A stretch of DNA of 64,000 nucleotides from Octopus vulgaris (GCA_951406725.2 OX597826.1:73718001-73782000); one strand, 5' to 3'. Counted from the stretch's first letter, positions 48,403 through 62,628 are shown. Numbers and translations: made by a program. Notes: a model not told the origin generated them from the letters alone.

Positions 48403-49195
48403 ACTCACTACTCTAAGACATATACTTTTATTCAGATAATGTCACCAAGGAAGGGAATAGTAGTGAGGGTGATGAAAACAGAAAGGCAAGAATGGGTAGA
48501 TGAAAGGAGAAACAGTATGATGGTAGAGATGGGAGGGGAGTGGTGAGCAACAGCAAGAGTAGGTGATGAATAACAGCTGGAGCAGGACGAGGCGATGCTT
48601 TTATGATAATGGCATGCTTGGGTCTTCAGTATAAGCCTGTATAGGCAGAGGTGTGGCATGGAGGAGAAGGCAAACTCAAGGTTCTGCTTAGGGCAGAACA
48701 CACTTTAGCTACGCCACTGATGACAATAGATGTGATCTAAAAAAGAGAGAGTAATGAATGGCAGTAGAGAAAGAGCAAAATTAGAGTGTACCGGGTATAC
48801 CAGCTTTTACACAGTTTCTTATTCAGAGCCTCAGTGGAGAGAGAGAGAGTGAGGTAGAGTGATAAAGCTGATTCCTGTAGCAGATTGAGATGACAAGGTG
48901 CAGTTGTTTGGACACTGACAATTTGGGCACAACTGACCAGACATTCAGCATGTTTTGGTAACAGTACTTTTTGGCACTGGAGGCAAACAGACAGACACAC
49001 ACACACACACACATACACACACACAAATATATACATGCAGAAAGACAGGGAGAGGGAGAGAGTGAAAGAGATTACAATTTATCAATTGAGCATGATTGAC
49101 AGTACTTTTCTTCTAATTTACATAAAGAGAAATATACTCACACATAAAAAGAGAGAGAAAGAGAGAGAGAAGAAGAAGAAAAATATTAAAACATC

Positions 49196-49282
49196 TAATG
49201 TCAAATAAGTCAGCATCGAATCAGTAATGTCAAATAAGTCAGCATCGAATCAGTAATGTCAAATAAGTCAGCATCGAATCAG
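49196..49282. repeat. Perfect 29-bp tandem repeat, 3 copies (TAATGTCAAATAAGTCAGCATCGAATCAG)
   Basis: Three identical units. Confidence 0.95.
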
Positions 49283-51058
49283 TGCCAAAACAACTGTGCC
49301 AAAATGGATCAAATCTCTTTTATACCTGGATCTAGTGAAGGGTAGGAGAGGTAGAGTGCAATGGATGATAGAAGGAGTTAAGGCTCAGGGTATTTCATTT
49401 CTTATATAATAACATGATCTAAAATTTGGAGGTAAAATATGAAGTTATGGTACCTCAGGAGCAGAGAAGAATAATAAAATATTTTCTATTTTCAAGCTTG
49501 CATCGGTTAAAAATGTCTGAGCAAGCTCAACCAGATAATGGTGATGATTCCTGCATGTATTTTCCCAGCAGACTAACAACATAAATGAAGTGAATAAGTT
49601 ATAATTAGATGATGCCATGTCACCTTTATGGCTCTCCACTGGTTGAGAAAGGATCTATTTTTTTTTACCGTTTATTTGTTTCGGTCATTGGACTACAGCC
49701 AAGCTGAGGCAATGCTTTGAAGGGTTTCATCAAATAAAGTGATCCCAATACTAATCTGTTGTCAAGTGCTGGGGGTAAAAACACAAAGACCCATCCCCAC
49801 ATATATATATATATGTATGTATATATATAGGCACAGGAGTGGCTGTGTGGTAAGAAGCTTGCTTCCCAACCACATGGTCCCGGGTTCAGTCCCACTGCAT
49901 GGCACCTTGAGCAAGTGTCTTCTACTATAAACTTGGGTTGACCAAAGCCTTGTGAATGGATTTGGTAGATGGAAACTGAAAGAAGCCTGTCATATATGTG
50001 TGTGTGTCTGTGTTTGTCCCTCCACCATCACTTGACGACCAATGTTGGTGTGTTTACGTCCCTGTAACTTAGCAAATCAGCAAAAGAGATCAATAGAATA
50101 AGTACTAGGCTTACAAAGAATAAGTCCTGGAGTCAATTTATTCGACTAAAGGCAGTAATTCAGCATGGTCGCAATCAAATGACTGAAACAAGTAAAAGAA
50201 TACATATATATATATATGTATGTAAGTTCTGTCTACCAAATTCACTCAGAAGGCATTGATCAGCCAAAATCAATAGAAAAACATACCCAAGGTGCAGTGC
50301 AGTGGAACTGAACCCAAAACCATGTGATTACAAAGAGAGCTTCTTAACCAAACAGTCATACTTTCACCTAAAGAATATGTTGTGTGATCTTCATTTAGGC
50401 AGAGATCTTATATATGGAAAGTTGAAAAATACACACACACACATTTCTTGGGTTTCATTTTCCTGCAAATAAAATAAGAATTAATATATCTCTTGGTGAA
50501 GAAACATCCATTCTGTGACCATGTGACCCTCTTAATATTCAGCCTTAACAGATTATAATCTCATATTTTCCTCATATTTACTTCAGAAATATCAGAGATT
50601 TAATCTGCTATCCATCTCATTACTTCGTCTGTATTATTGTTTGATATTATGAAATCCAGTAAGGCAGCAAGCTGGCAGAAACATTACTATGTGGGTCAAA
50701 ATGTTTAATGCCATTTCTTCGTCTGTCTCTTTATGCCCTGGGTTCAAATTCTGCCCAGTTCGGATTTGGCTTTCATGCTTTAAGGATTGATAAAGTATCG
50801 TTTGAGCCCTGGGGTCGATGTAATCAACTTGACCCTTCTCTCAGAATTGCTGGTCTTGTGCCAAAATTACTAAGAATTTTATAAAGGTGCAGGCATGAAT
50901 GTGTGGTAAGGAGTTTACTTCCCAATCACATGGTTCTGGGTTCAGTCTCACTGTGTGGCACCTTGGTCAAGTGCCTTCTACTATGGTTCGAAACCTACCA
51001 AAGCTTCAAGAGTGGATTAGACAGATGGAAACTGAAAGAAGTTCTATCCGTTTGTCTG

Positions 51059-51138
<80 letters not shown>

Positions 51139-51180
51139 TGTATGTATATATATATATATATACATACATACATACATACA

Positions 51181-51214
<34 letters not shown>

Positions 51215-51846
51215 CATACATACATACATACATACATACATACATACGAGTGGATTTGGTAAGTGGAAATTGAAAGAAGACCATCGTGTGTATGTGTGTG
51301 CGTTTGTGTGTGTGTGTGTGTGCATGTCCTTGTTTGTCCCCACCACCACTTGACAGCCAGTGTCGGTGTGTTTATGTCCCCGTAACGTAGCAGTTCAACA
51401 AAAGTGATCAACAGAATAAGTAGCAAGCTTAAACATTTTTTTAAAAAGTACTGAGGTCAATTTATTTGATTAAAATCCTTCCAGGTGGTGCCCCAGCATG
51501 GCCACAAGTAAAAGATAATAGATATAAATGACAGGCTTCTAAGTTTTGCAAGACACTGGACAACCTAAACACTATGGTAGAAAATTCTTGCTCAAGGTGT
51601 CACACAGTGAGATTCAATCTAGAACTCTGTAGCTGTAGTTGTGAAATGAGTTTTCCTTAACCAAACAACCATAAAACAAACTGGAGAATGAAAAACATAA
51701 ACACGGCAGCCACGTTACATGCCAGACAGTATGATGGATCTTGGCAACCACCACAACTGCATAGCATTAGGAAAACATGGCAGTCACACAACACCCTGGG
51801 GTATAACATGTTCTGTATGGCAGGATAGTGTATTACAAGTGTATTA

Positions 51847-52264
51847 AGGCAGCGAGCTGGCAGAAACGTTAGCACGCTGGGCGAATTGCTTAGCAGTATT
51901 TCGTCTGCCGTTGCATTCTGAGTTCAAATTCCACCAAAGTCGACTTTGCCTTTCATCCTTCCAGGGTCGATAAATTAAGTACCAGTTACGCACTGGGGTC
52001 GATATAATTGACTTAATCCATTTGTCTGTCCTTGTGTGTCTTCTCTGTGTTTAGCCCCTTGTGGGTAGTAAAGAAATAGGTATCTCGTCTGCCGCTATGT
52101 TCTGAGTTCAAATTCTGCCGAGGTCAGCTTTTGTCTTTCATCCTTTCAGGATTGATAAATTAAGTACCAGTTACGTACTGGGGTCGATGTAATCGACTTA
52201 ATCCCTTTGTCTGTCCTTGTTTGTCCCCTCTATGTTTAGCCCCTTGTGAGCAATAAAGAAATAA
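51847..52264 (+). mobile_element. Dimeric SINE B insertion with a 16-bp TSD
   Basis: TSD GATAGTGTATTACAAG at 51824-51839 and 52265-52280; the body is repeated twice, with the second unit starting at about 52079. Confidence 0.8.
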
Positions 52265-52615
52265 GATAGTGTATTACAAGGGAGGTTTTGTAAAGGAGAA
52301 GCCTGTATGGAATAAAAGAGACACATTTGCCCTCATTAATGCTGAAAAAGAAAGTGGTATGAAATAAAGAGTTAATTGCAGGGATGGAGGGAGAGAGAGA
52401 AAATTCATTGAAGTTGACAATGGGACAGTCAAATGTGCAATTATGGATGTGAAGGCAGAGAAGTGAAGTGAAGCATAAGGGGCAGTCCCTGAGGTACTGG
52501 AAATACCTGGCAAAGTCGGTCATGTGTAAGTCACACACATAGTCAAACAGGAAGGTATTATAGTCAATGGTTAGTGGAGCAATACCGTCAAGTAACATAA
52601 AGAATTGCTCTAGAC

Positions 52616-53057
52616 CAGTGGTCCCCAAACTTTTCCTGGCTAGTACCCCCTTGACACCCAGGCCACATTCCTAGTGCTCCCACCCTAACTAACCATCTCA
52701 AACACAGACCTCTTTCTGAAACAAATTCAAAGCAACTGTATTTCACAAATAAAACTTAACCTAATGAACCCATTACTTTGTTGTTTTTACATGAATTGCT
52801 TCCCCATTATTGCCCCACTTTTTACATGAATCACTACCCCATTATCGCCCCACTTTTCTTCAAATCCCCCAAGAGGGCAATACCACCCACTTCGAGAACT
52901 ACTGCTGTAGATCAGTCGTGGGAAACCTGTGGCCTGTGAGATTTTCTGAATGGCATACTAGTGAAAAATTAGCTTGAATATCTTTAGTAGTGCATCTCAC
53001 CTAATGATAAGCCATGTGCCATGTGGTCTGCTTCTCAAAAACGGTTGCTTATGCTTG
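52616..53057. mobile_element. Two abutting hAT (Charlie-like) MITEs, 52616-52904 and 52913-53057
   Basis: CAG...C(T)TG termini; 8-bp sites CTCTAGAC, CTGTAGAT and TTCTAGAC at the three junctions. Confidence 0.65.
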
Positions 53058-53099
53058 TTCTAGACAAAGGCAACTATAGATGTGTTACGTTGATAGACC

Positions 53100-54290
53100 A
53101 GGCTGTAAAAATTACTAAGACATAGCACAACTGATTAAGAAGAGAATTAGCCTAAACAAAATGCAGTTTAAATTTATGCCAGGACCACTTTTCTGATGTC
53201 TTCTTTCTAGTGAGACAACTGCAAGTACTTTGCTAGGAGTAAACCATTCTACTTGACTTTTGTGAACTGGAAAAAGCCTTTGATAAGGCCCCATGATCTC
53301 TTGTGTGGCAGTGGTTGCTAAAAATCTAGGAGCAGACAAATGGCTTGAGAGCCATGTTTGGAGATGCTATCACTCTTTCTTCTATCAAGCAGCCTGTGTA
53401 ACTAGGGATAACATTACATTGATTCTGTCCATATTCAATCCTCCACTGGCCATCACTTTTTTTTATATTGCTAGCCATTACACACACTCACACTTTCTCT
53501 TTCTTTCCCCCTCTCTCACAACCAATGACTCCCCCCCTCTCTCCCCCAATTACTCTTTACTTGTGTCATCCTTACTTTCATTACTATCCACAAGTCTTTC
53601 GTATTTACTCCCTCTTCTAAGGTGGAAAGCTGGCAGAGTTGTTAGAGTGTCGGGCAGAATGCTTAATGCTGTTTCTTCTGACTCATTATGTTAATACTGT
53701 GTTCAGTGAAAAACTTTAATAAGTAGGCTGGAGCACCATTTTCAACCCCTTAATTTTATGATAATCTTCCAGGCCATAATAAAGGAGTTTAAGACCAGTT
53801 GTCCACAGAACTTCCTATATGCCACTGACCTCATTCTCATAGTTAAATCAAAGACCTAAATCTTCCCAACTTAGAAGCAAATCCTAGAATCAAGAAACTT
53901 CAAAGAAAACAAAGCAAAGATCAAAGATTTGGCTAGCAGTAAATGTGGAGGCACGTGGCTTAGTGGTTAGGGTGTCAGCATCCTGATCGTAAGATTGTGG
54001 TTTCGATTCTTGGACCAGGCAATGCGTTGTGTTCTTGAGCAAAACACTTCATTTCACGTTGCTCCAGTCCACTCAGCTGGCAAAAATGAGTAACGCTGTG
54101 ATGGAGTCGCGTCCTATCTAGCTGAGGAACACATACACCATTGAAACCAGGAAACTGGGCCCATGATCCAGGCTATACTTTAAAAGGGTGCGTTTATATA
54201 TTTTTAAAGTTAGGACAATACTGTGTTCAACAAAGTGGCCAAACTTGATATGCAGAAAAGGAATAGGGTGGACTCCATACAATATATGTA
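53100..54290 (+). mobile_element. Highly decayed RTE RT fragments with insertions
   Basis: FVNWKKP/AFD-like and KEFKTSCPQNFLYATDLIL segments. Confidence 0.55.
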
Positions 54291-54775
54291 CTGAGCATTT
54301 TCATTGCACCCCCAAACAAAAAAATCTTTAGGGTTTGCATTTGCTCCCCCTATTTCCACACTTATGAATACTCAATAACAACAACAATACTCACTGTCCA
54401 TGTAATCTATTTTCTCTGCTGTTGAAGCAATACTTTATCAGTTTTCTGTATTTACGTTCATCCACCATCCTCACACCTATCTCCCTAATTTTAGAATGGC
54501 TCCAACTTCATTAGTAACCCCATCATATAGTTAATATATACACTGTCGGTTATACTTCTTTTGAACTCACTGCAAACATGACATATTCATTAGTATCACA
54601 AAAGTAACAGGATATTTTAGATTTTATTCACACAGTTCTGACACTTTAGCAAACCATTTTCACTGCTCCAATTAATCTTTACCTGAATAACCTCAAACAC
54701 ACACACAATACATGTGTGTGTGTGTGTGTGTGTGTATATGTAAAGAGAGATTTGGTGATGCAAACAGGAAAAATG

Positions 54776-54832
<57 letters not shown>

Positions 54833-55544
54833 TTTTTCTTTTACTTGTTTCAGTGATTTTCACTGCGCCCATGCTGGAGCACTGCCTTTAGTCGAGCAAA
54901 TCGACCCCAGGACTTATTCTTTGGAAGCCTAGTACTTATTCTATCAGTCTCTTTTGCCGAATCGCTAAGTTACGGGAACATAAACGTACCAGCATCGGTT
55001 GTCAAGCGATGTTGGGGGGACAAACACAGACACACAAACATATAGATTCCGTCTACCAAATCCACTCATAAAGATTCGGTCGGCCCGAGGCTATAGTAGA
55101 AGACACTTGCCCAAGGTGCCACGCAGTGGGACTGAACCCAGAACCATGTGGTTGGTAAGCAAGCTACTTACCACACAGCCAAGGCGCTTGGCTCAGTGCT
55201 TTCATCGTCGAGTTTGAGATTGTGAGTTCGATTCCCGGACCGGGCTGCGTGTTGTGTTCTTGAGAAAGACACTTTCTTTTACGTTGCTCCAGTTCCCTCA
55301 TCTGCAGAAATGAGTTGCGACATCACTGGTGCCAAGCTGTATCGGCCCCTTTGCCTTTCCCATGGATAACATCGGTGGTGTGGAGAAGGGAGGCTGGTAT
55401 GCATGGACGATTGCTGGTCTTCCATAAAAACAACCCTAAGTTGTGCGTTCGCCGGTGAAGCAACTCTCTGCTCAGATTTGTACCCCGGAGAACTTCGTGA
55501 CCAACGGAGTCAAGTTATATATATGTACATGTGTGTGTGTGTGT

Positions 55545-55850
55545 ATATGGTAATTGTTGCCTCAATTTCCGTTTCACCTGCATCCACATACTTTCCACAT
55601 TTTGTGTGTGGGACGTCTTGATCATGAGGATCAACAAAATGTTGGTGTATAATCACATCGTGCGTGTAGGCACCACCATTGAGGATACCCATGTTATTAT
55701 ATGCTCGCCATCCATCGCTGACTGTGTGAGACCCAGGCAAAACCCATCTTTGTATTAATTAGTTCAGTTAAAAGTTTCTTCTCTGCGGTCAGGTAGTTCA
55801 ACGCAAAAGCACTTTCTTGAGACTCTCTATGCCACCGAATACCCTATGTC
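55545..55850 (-). mobile_element. Merlin-superfamily (IS1016/IS1595-like) DDE transposase relic
   Basis: VFGGIE...KCFCVELPDR.EET...WVLPGSHTVSDGWRAYN...YTHDVIIHQHFVDP, with frameshifts. Confidence 0.8.
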
Positions 55851-58800
55851 CCTTTGCTTCTTTTACTACTTATCTCCCCCTTATTTACCTTTTTTTTTTT
55901 ATTTAACTAAACCAAACAATTACCTAAATATATATATGTGTATATATCTTTATGCATGGTTAAATTTACTGCATGAGACATCAAACTATAATCTAATTTA
56001 CTCGGGTGTCCATTCATTCTTCATCACGAACTTGTTTATAGTTTCAAATAAGTAGATTCTGCAATATTTCTCCCACCCCTTTCTACAAGGAGGGGACTAG
56101 TTGATTACACTGACCCCACCGCTCAACTGGTACTTATTTTATTGAACCTGAAAAGATGAAAGGCAAAGTCGCTCCCCTTACAACTTGACCTCAGAATGTA
56201 AAAGCAGAATTAAATGCCGCAAAGCATTTTGTCCAGCGTGTTAATGGTTCTGCCGGCTTGCCACCTGCAATTATTAACCATTCCTCTGTAGGCACCAATT
56301 TCCACAGTTCTTATTCTTAAGAGTATTTCAAATTACTAACGGTAAATGTAATAAGACTCACTCCACTGACGAACACATGCCTCATTTATTAAACAAGTCG
56401 CTAATTATTTTCCTGTATTGTTATATCATGTTTAAATCTCTGGAGTAATCTCACTGAATGACTCTCCCCACCTCGAATCAACAAGATAGAACCAATTCAA
56501 GTGTTTCTTTTAGCACCATACTATACCATTCTCTAATGTAATTCTAATGAGGTAAAATGACTCAGCAAAAAAGAATGTGATTCTGTTTATATTTACAATC
56601 TGACATTACAACTTCACAAAATGGTTTATATCTTGTTTGTATTTGTTTTCCATGGTTGGTCTTCTATATAGAATTCACCTCCTCCTACTTAACTTGTTTT
56701 ATTTCAGTCTTTGAGAAGTATATCAAAAAATCAATACCATTCATTTATTTCCTTCATTTCCAGAGTATGTACTTAATATATCAGACCATAAGAGCTCTCC
56801 TCCATTCCAAATATAGAAAGTGAAAATGTATATTACGAGCTGTCCTTTATATATAACAGGTTTACTGCATGTCATTTGTATCGTATTACTCTTAACCGAA
56901 ACACACATTTTCAATAAATCTCTCTAGATAAACTAGTCGCCCTCTTGTAAAAGAAAGGGATATCCTTTCTCTATTTTATTTTTAAAAGATTAGACATACG
57001 CCTATGGGGAAAGAATACCAGTCTAAGCCATGAGTCAATGAGAGAGAAAGAAGAATGTAGACAGAAATTATCGAGAGCAGGAGGTTGGGAAGGCTATTTA
57101 TGTCTGCAGCACCCCTTGTTAGCTTCCACTGTGTTTAGAGTACAATTTCCCTTTGTTGACCTATTTAGTGTACGACTGACTGGATATGTTTCCAATATGT
57201 CATGCTTGAAGCGTTTTATTTTTATCTTAATGTCATAATAGCATCAGGGTGAAAGAGAGAGAGAAAGAGAGAGGAACATTAGAGAAAAAGGTTGTAAAAC
57301 AAACTGGCTTGTGAAAGAAATCTTTTTTCAAGTATTTGTGTTGAGTTTATTATCACTGTCAGAAATTTAATAAACACAGAGCCATCTGGAAACTTGTAGA
57401 GTTCCTGACAACACTACTTACGATGGCATCTCACGATATTAATGGGTTTTTTTTAAGAGAGATATTTAGTGTAGAAAAAGAGAGAAAAAAAAATACGCAT
57501 TCTTGAAACAAACTGGAACATTTTCAGGAAGTATTTATAATTATTAATAATTCTCTTATTTTTATTCAAATAAATAATTTTCCCAATAACCTACATGGAG
57601 ATATTTAATTACATGGCGATCTTAATGTTGAATGTCGAGTGGAAGTAGACAGATATAAGGGGTTATGCAGATCGCTGACTGATCTGATTTGAATATAGGA
57701 TAAAGACGGAGATATTACGAGGTCAGGTGAACCTGAGGGTAATCTAATGTTGAATGTAATGTTAGAAAATATAAATGACGTCAACAAAACTTTCGTGACT
57801 GACAGAATTTAATTATAAGAAGAGTAGAAACATCAATGGGTGTGGCATAAGGTTTTTATGGGAAATAAACCGAATTTTGATGGCATGAAAAGACACATAC
57901 GGGCATATTTAGTTGTTCTCTAATTTCAGCTGCGCATATTCAGTGAGAAAAGTTTTTTACTGCATTAAAGAATGTAATGTTTTAAGCAACTTCGCTTACA
58001 GGACCTGAGTTGATGTTTGAGACATTTTTTTGTCATCAAATACAATAATCTGTCTACAGACACAAATTATGGTGTGATTAGGTTTAAATGCACAATTTGT
58101 AGACCATGTTATTTAGCAGGGCGATGATGGAAACTCAATTACAACATTCTGAAGTATTCAGAGAATTGAATCTCACTTACATAATAAAACAAAAATACTC
58201 CAAATGAAACACATCATCTACGTATAAGAAGGTCACTTTGTTTCTTCAGTAAACTCCAACAAACTTACGTATACAATCACCCATCACCCCCAAACTCACA
58301 GACACATCCATAACACCTTCCTAAGAACACTATTCCCCACAGTCTGTGCAGACAAACAACCACATGCACACAAATAGCAACGTTAATATCTTGTAACGAG
58401 ATACCCTTGCACCTAATTATAAAGTTTAGAGAAACAACTGCCACACTCCTAGATATACAAAAAAAGTCAGTCACAGTCACAGCTGGAAACCATTTGATCA
58501 TAGGTTTTGCTCGATCAAAGCAAGCTTGGGAATAATCGTCAACAATAACAAGTTCACCTGTCTCCATTGAGACAGCTGTTGAAATTCTTTACAGGAGCTA
58601 AAATGTAGGACGAGAATGAACAGAGTATGAGAAGAGAAACAGAGAAGGATACCTGTAAGCACTAGGTGATTAAATCTAGTCTCTTTCGTCCTAGAATTAA
58701 CACCTTACAACACCTGAGTCTACCATGACTTGCTATCATAACATCTTTTAGATGCAGATGGCAAAGTTTCCATTTTAAGATGCATTTGGAAAAAAGGCCT

Positions 58801-58858
58801 GAAGTAGTAAGGATGTCCGAGATTAAGATAGCAAGTGAGAGAAACTTATGACCATGCA

Positions 58859-58893
58859 TTGCTGAAGAGGTCTGATAAGACCGAAAAGTCCAG
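58859..58893 (+). ncRNA. Minimal hammerhead ribozyme-like motif
   Basis: TTG-CTGAAGA-GGTCT-GATA-AGACC-GAAA-AGTC-CAG: intact core and perfect 5-bp helix II; one substitution in helix III relative to GAAACGUC. Confidence 0.55.
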
Positions 58894-61830
58894 AGTTGTC
58901 ACCATGTTCTGCTAAAGATCAGACAATGCTTCTCCTCGCTACATGACGTGTTTCCGGGTTTACCAAATTAGAACTCTATTGCAGTTTATCTTTTATCTCT
59001 TACTTGTTTCAACTATTTGACTGCGGCCATGCTGGAACACCGCCTTGGAGTACTTTTGGTCGAATGAATCGACCCCCAATACTTATTTTTTAAAGCCTGG
59101 TGTTTATTATATCGGTCTGTTTTGCCGAATCGCTAAGTTACGAGTGACGTAAACACACCAACACTGGTTGTCAAGGGTCAGTGGAGGAAAACACATACAC
59201 AAAGGCACGCGCACGTACCCCCCCCCACACACACATGTATGTATACAAGAGGTTTCTTTCAGTTTCCGTCAACCAAATCCACCTACAAAGCCTCCACGCA
59301 GTGAGACTGAACCTGGAACCATGTAATTGAGATGCAAACTTCTTATCACTATAAAAACTAAGCAACTGGCCAATATGGGGCCTGAACACACGACATTGTG
59401 GTTTTTATTGGCACGAATTACGAACTGCGAATAACGAATTTCAATAATTATTGTTTTATGTCTGTTTTGAGCTGTTACCCTTAGCTTTGTTTGATTTCAT
59501 TAAGTATTCTTCAACATCTATCATAACGATGTGTTTATGATTATTAAAAGTATCATGCTCGCCATATTAAGTTAGCACTTAGTTCACCATTTAAGAAAAT
59601 TAGTCGTGTTTAACCCGAGAAAGTTCAGGGTCAAAGATGAAATGAAGTAAGAATGGTATGGAAAATGTTGCACAACTGTCCAACCCATGCAAATGATAAA
59701 ATGAAATAACCAGATGTTAAAACAATAACAGCTATAAAGATATTACACACACACACACACATGTATATAAGTATGTGGGTCGATAGGTATGTGTGTATAA
59801 TGTTATTTATGTGTGACGAGTTGTAATAAGTAGGCTGTTAATCTTTTATCTTCCCATTACCAAAATTTAATAATGATATTGTCTACAAAAACGACATATA
59901 ATGATTAATTAAGTATTTTCATTAAGGTGATGTCGTTAGAAGCTAATAAAGCTTTAAGCTTTTATATCTCCAGGCCATTTAAGAAGATGGTTTTACAAGG
60001 GATAGTGCAATGAACTCCATTCATTTATTGCAGACCATAAAACTGCAAATCTTTCATTAATTTTCAAGACACGACCCAGGTTTGGTTGCGAGCCAGAAAA
60101 ATCGATAGCCAGTCCATAATATTTCACCAGCTTTGCTATTATCAGCTATTACAAACTGCCAGCATCTAGTGCTGATATGCACACTTGGCTGAAGCACTTT
60201 AACTACAGATACGATACAAGAATAAAAAGAACAAAGAAGAAGAAAAAAAAGTAACTTTCGTTTACTGCCTTCCTTCTCAGCTCCCATTTTCCTATTGTTA
60301 GCATCAAAGAATGGCATATTAAAGAGACATTCAAGTAAATATTGACATTTAAGCAGTGTACTGAAGAAGAGAGAAATTAATAAGTAATGAATGATCACTC
60401 AAACAAGGCGAGACAACATAAATTCTTACAGATTCTTTCAAGTCATTTGTAACATTTTAGGCTTTATCATGAAATTGAAATGCAATGAAATGAAAATAAT
60501 TAAATAAACGATAGTTTTGATAAAATGCTTTAATGTTCTGCGGCATTTTGTCCAAGACAAATGCTGGAGTTAAAAGATGCTTTCTGGAAACCTTTTATCG
60601 AGGAAACAATGCCTAGTTCTTGCATTATATACTCTTTTTTTTTTTCTGTTAAAACGCAAACTGTTTCTAGTTGTAGCTTTTGAGAACCTCACAATTATGT
60701 GTGTTCGAGAGAGTCCCTTGGAATGTTTCCAGTCTCTTTCACCAGCTTAAATGAAATTTAATATTCTAGGGAAAGTTGGCAGTGGATGGGTGGGAAGCTG
60801 TGAGATTTCTTTCTTTGTTTAAAGTATGTTAGTGAAGTGGAATAACTGAAACAAAGAATTGAAACCAATCACAGACTCTTATCCACTAGAGACACACACA
60901 CACATATATATGTATGATATACGCTGTGTGTACATACACATACATATCCCAACTGTTATCTCTACTTTATAAATTCGTCATATTATTAATTGCCTTTATA
61001 TCTTTATAAATTATAAGGTTGCCATGAAATCTTCACCGACACCATATTTTACTTCTCTCCTCCTCCTCCTCCTCCTCCTCTTCCTACATCATACCGCCCC
61101 GCTTCCGAAACTGACCTCTCTCTCTTTCGCTCTCTTTCCCCTCTTACTGTAATGTATATAAAACATTGGTTTTTCTCTTTATTTATACAAGTTATTGTTG
61201 AAGAAAGGGAGAAAGAAATAGTACAAGAGGAGAGAGAGAGGGGGGGAAGGATGAAAAAGTATAGATAGACAGAAGAGGAAATGGAGGGTGTCAAAGAGTG
61301 ATGGAGAATGATTTGGAGGAGATAGGGTTGTTTAGAGGTCAGTCCTGGTTAAGTAAATATAAATCAAAAGCATTCCAGCTATGACCATCTCGTCTTTTGT
61401 TCGGGTATCATGTATTTAATACCACATAATCCAGTGTGGCCTTAGATATTAGCCTGTTAAAGATGGTGGAGTGGGAATTAAGGGAAATTTGGCTGCTACT
61501 TTTAGCAGGAAAGGGAGGTGTAGAAACAGTGACGGGGGAAATAAAGTGGGGTGGAAAATGCTACGACTGAAAGTGAAAAAATAAGAGAGGAATAACAGAT
61601 GTAGGGGAAGAAGTAGTGAAGCGAGAGAGAGAGAGAGAGAGAGAGAGTAATCGTGAAAAGCTTTATCCTAAAGGTAATTGAGACTAAAAAAAAGAAATAT
61701 CAGTGAAGAAAAGTAATCGAGTGGAGAGTGGAGAAAGAGACAGAGGCAGAAAAAGAGAGGAAGTAAGGCAGATGCGGCTGAGAGAGAGAGAGATAAAATA
61801 TGACCGAAGCAATAAATAGAAAGGGAGAGA

Positions 61831-61861
<31 letters not shown>

Positions 61862-62610
61862 TTCGACACTGCATTCTTTAATTGCTATTCAATGTTATTT
61901 GCATTAAATCTGTGAGATCTCCATGGTTACATTCTCTCTCTGTCTTTCTTTCTCTCTTTCTCGCTGCACCGCCGCCGTCCCACTTATCTCTTGTGACCGA
62001 TTTTGCACATTGACATGTGCAGATGGCGGTGGTAGAGACGATGGGTTGAGATGAGGGACTTGGAAATCGTAGCTGTGTGATGGTAATTGGGGAGAGAAGC
62101 TGATGATGATAAAGGTGCTATGCAATGGTAGTGATGAAGGAGTTCCTTAGTAGTTACAGAATTAGTCATCTGTTAGAGACAAGACTGCTTACGCGATGCT
62201 GTTTCTAACATTGTCCTAGCTACTTTGTAGTTATCTCCAACCATTTTATTAGTATTGTTAATAGTGGTGACGTTTTAACGAAGATCAGCTAAAACGCATA
62301 AATAAACAAATTTATCTTCTGTATAAAAGTATTATTTGATTCTGTCGTCTCCATGCACTGTTATGGAGTATAAACGACATTGCATCATGAATAAACCTAG
62401 TTTCTTTCAGCTATGATGTGCAAATATGGCCGTGGTCGAGGAGAAGAGCGAAAGCAGCAAAGGAAATAACCATTTACATAGATATTATTATTATTATTTG
62501 GTTGCGAGAAAAGTGAAAGCTTTACATCATTCTGGAATGGAAAGTCAGTAATGGTTTACAATGACTAATCAAAAGAAGGCAGCCAAGAAACATTAAACAA
62601 AACAGAAGCA

Positions 62611-62628
62611 TGTCTATCTATCTATCTG

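Noticed and set aside
58208-58225. YVDDVF on the minus strand as a Penelope RT active site near the 58859 hammerhead
   Set aside because: No supporting upstream RT motifs were found, and it is on the opposite strand to the ribozyme; probably chance.
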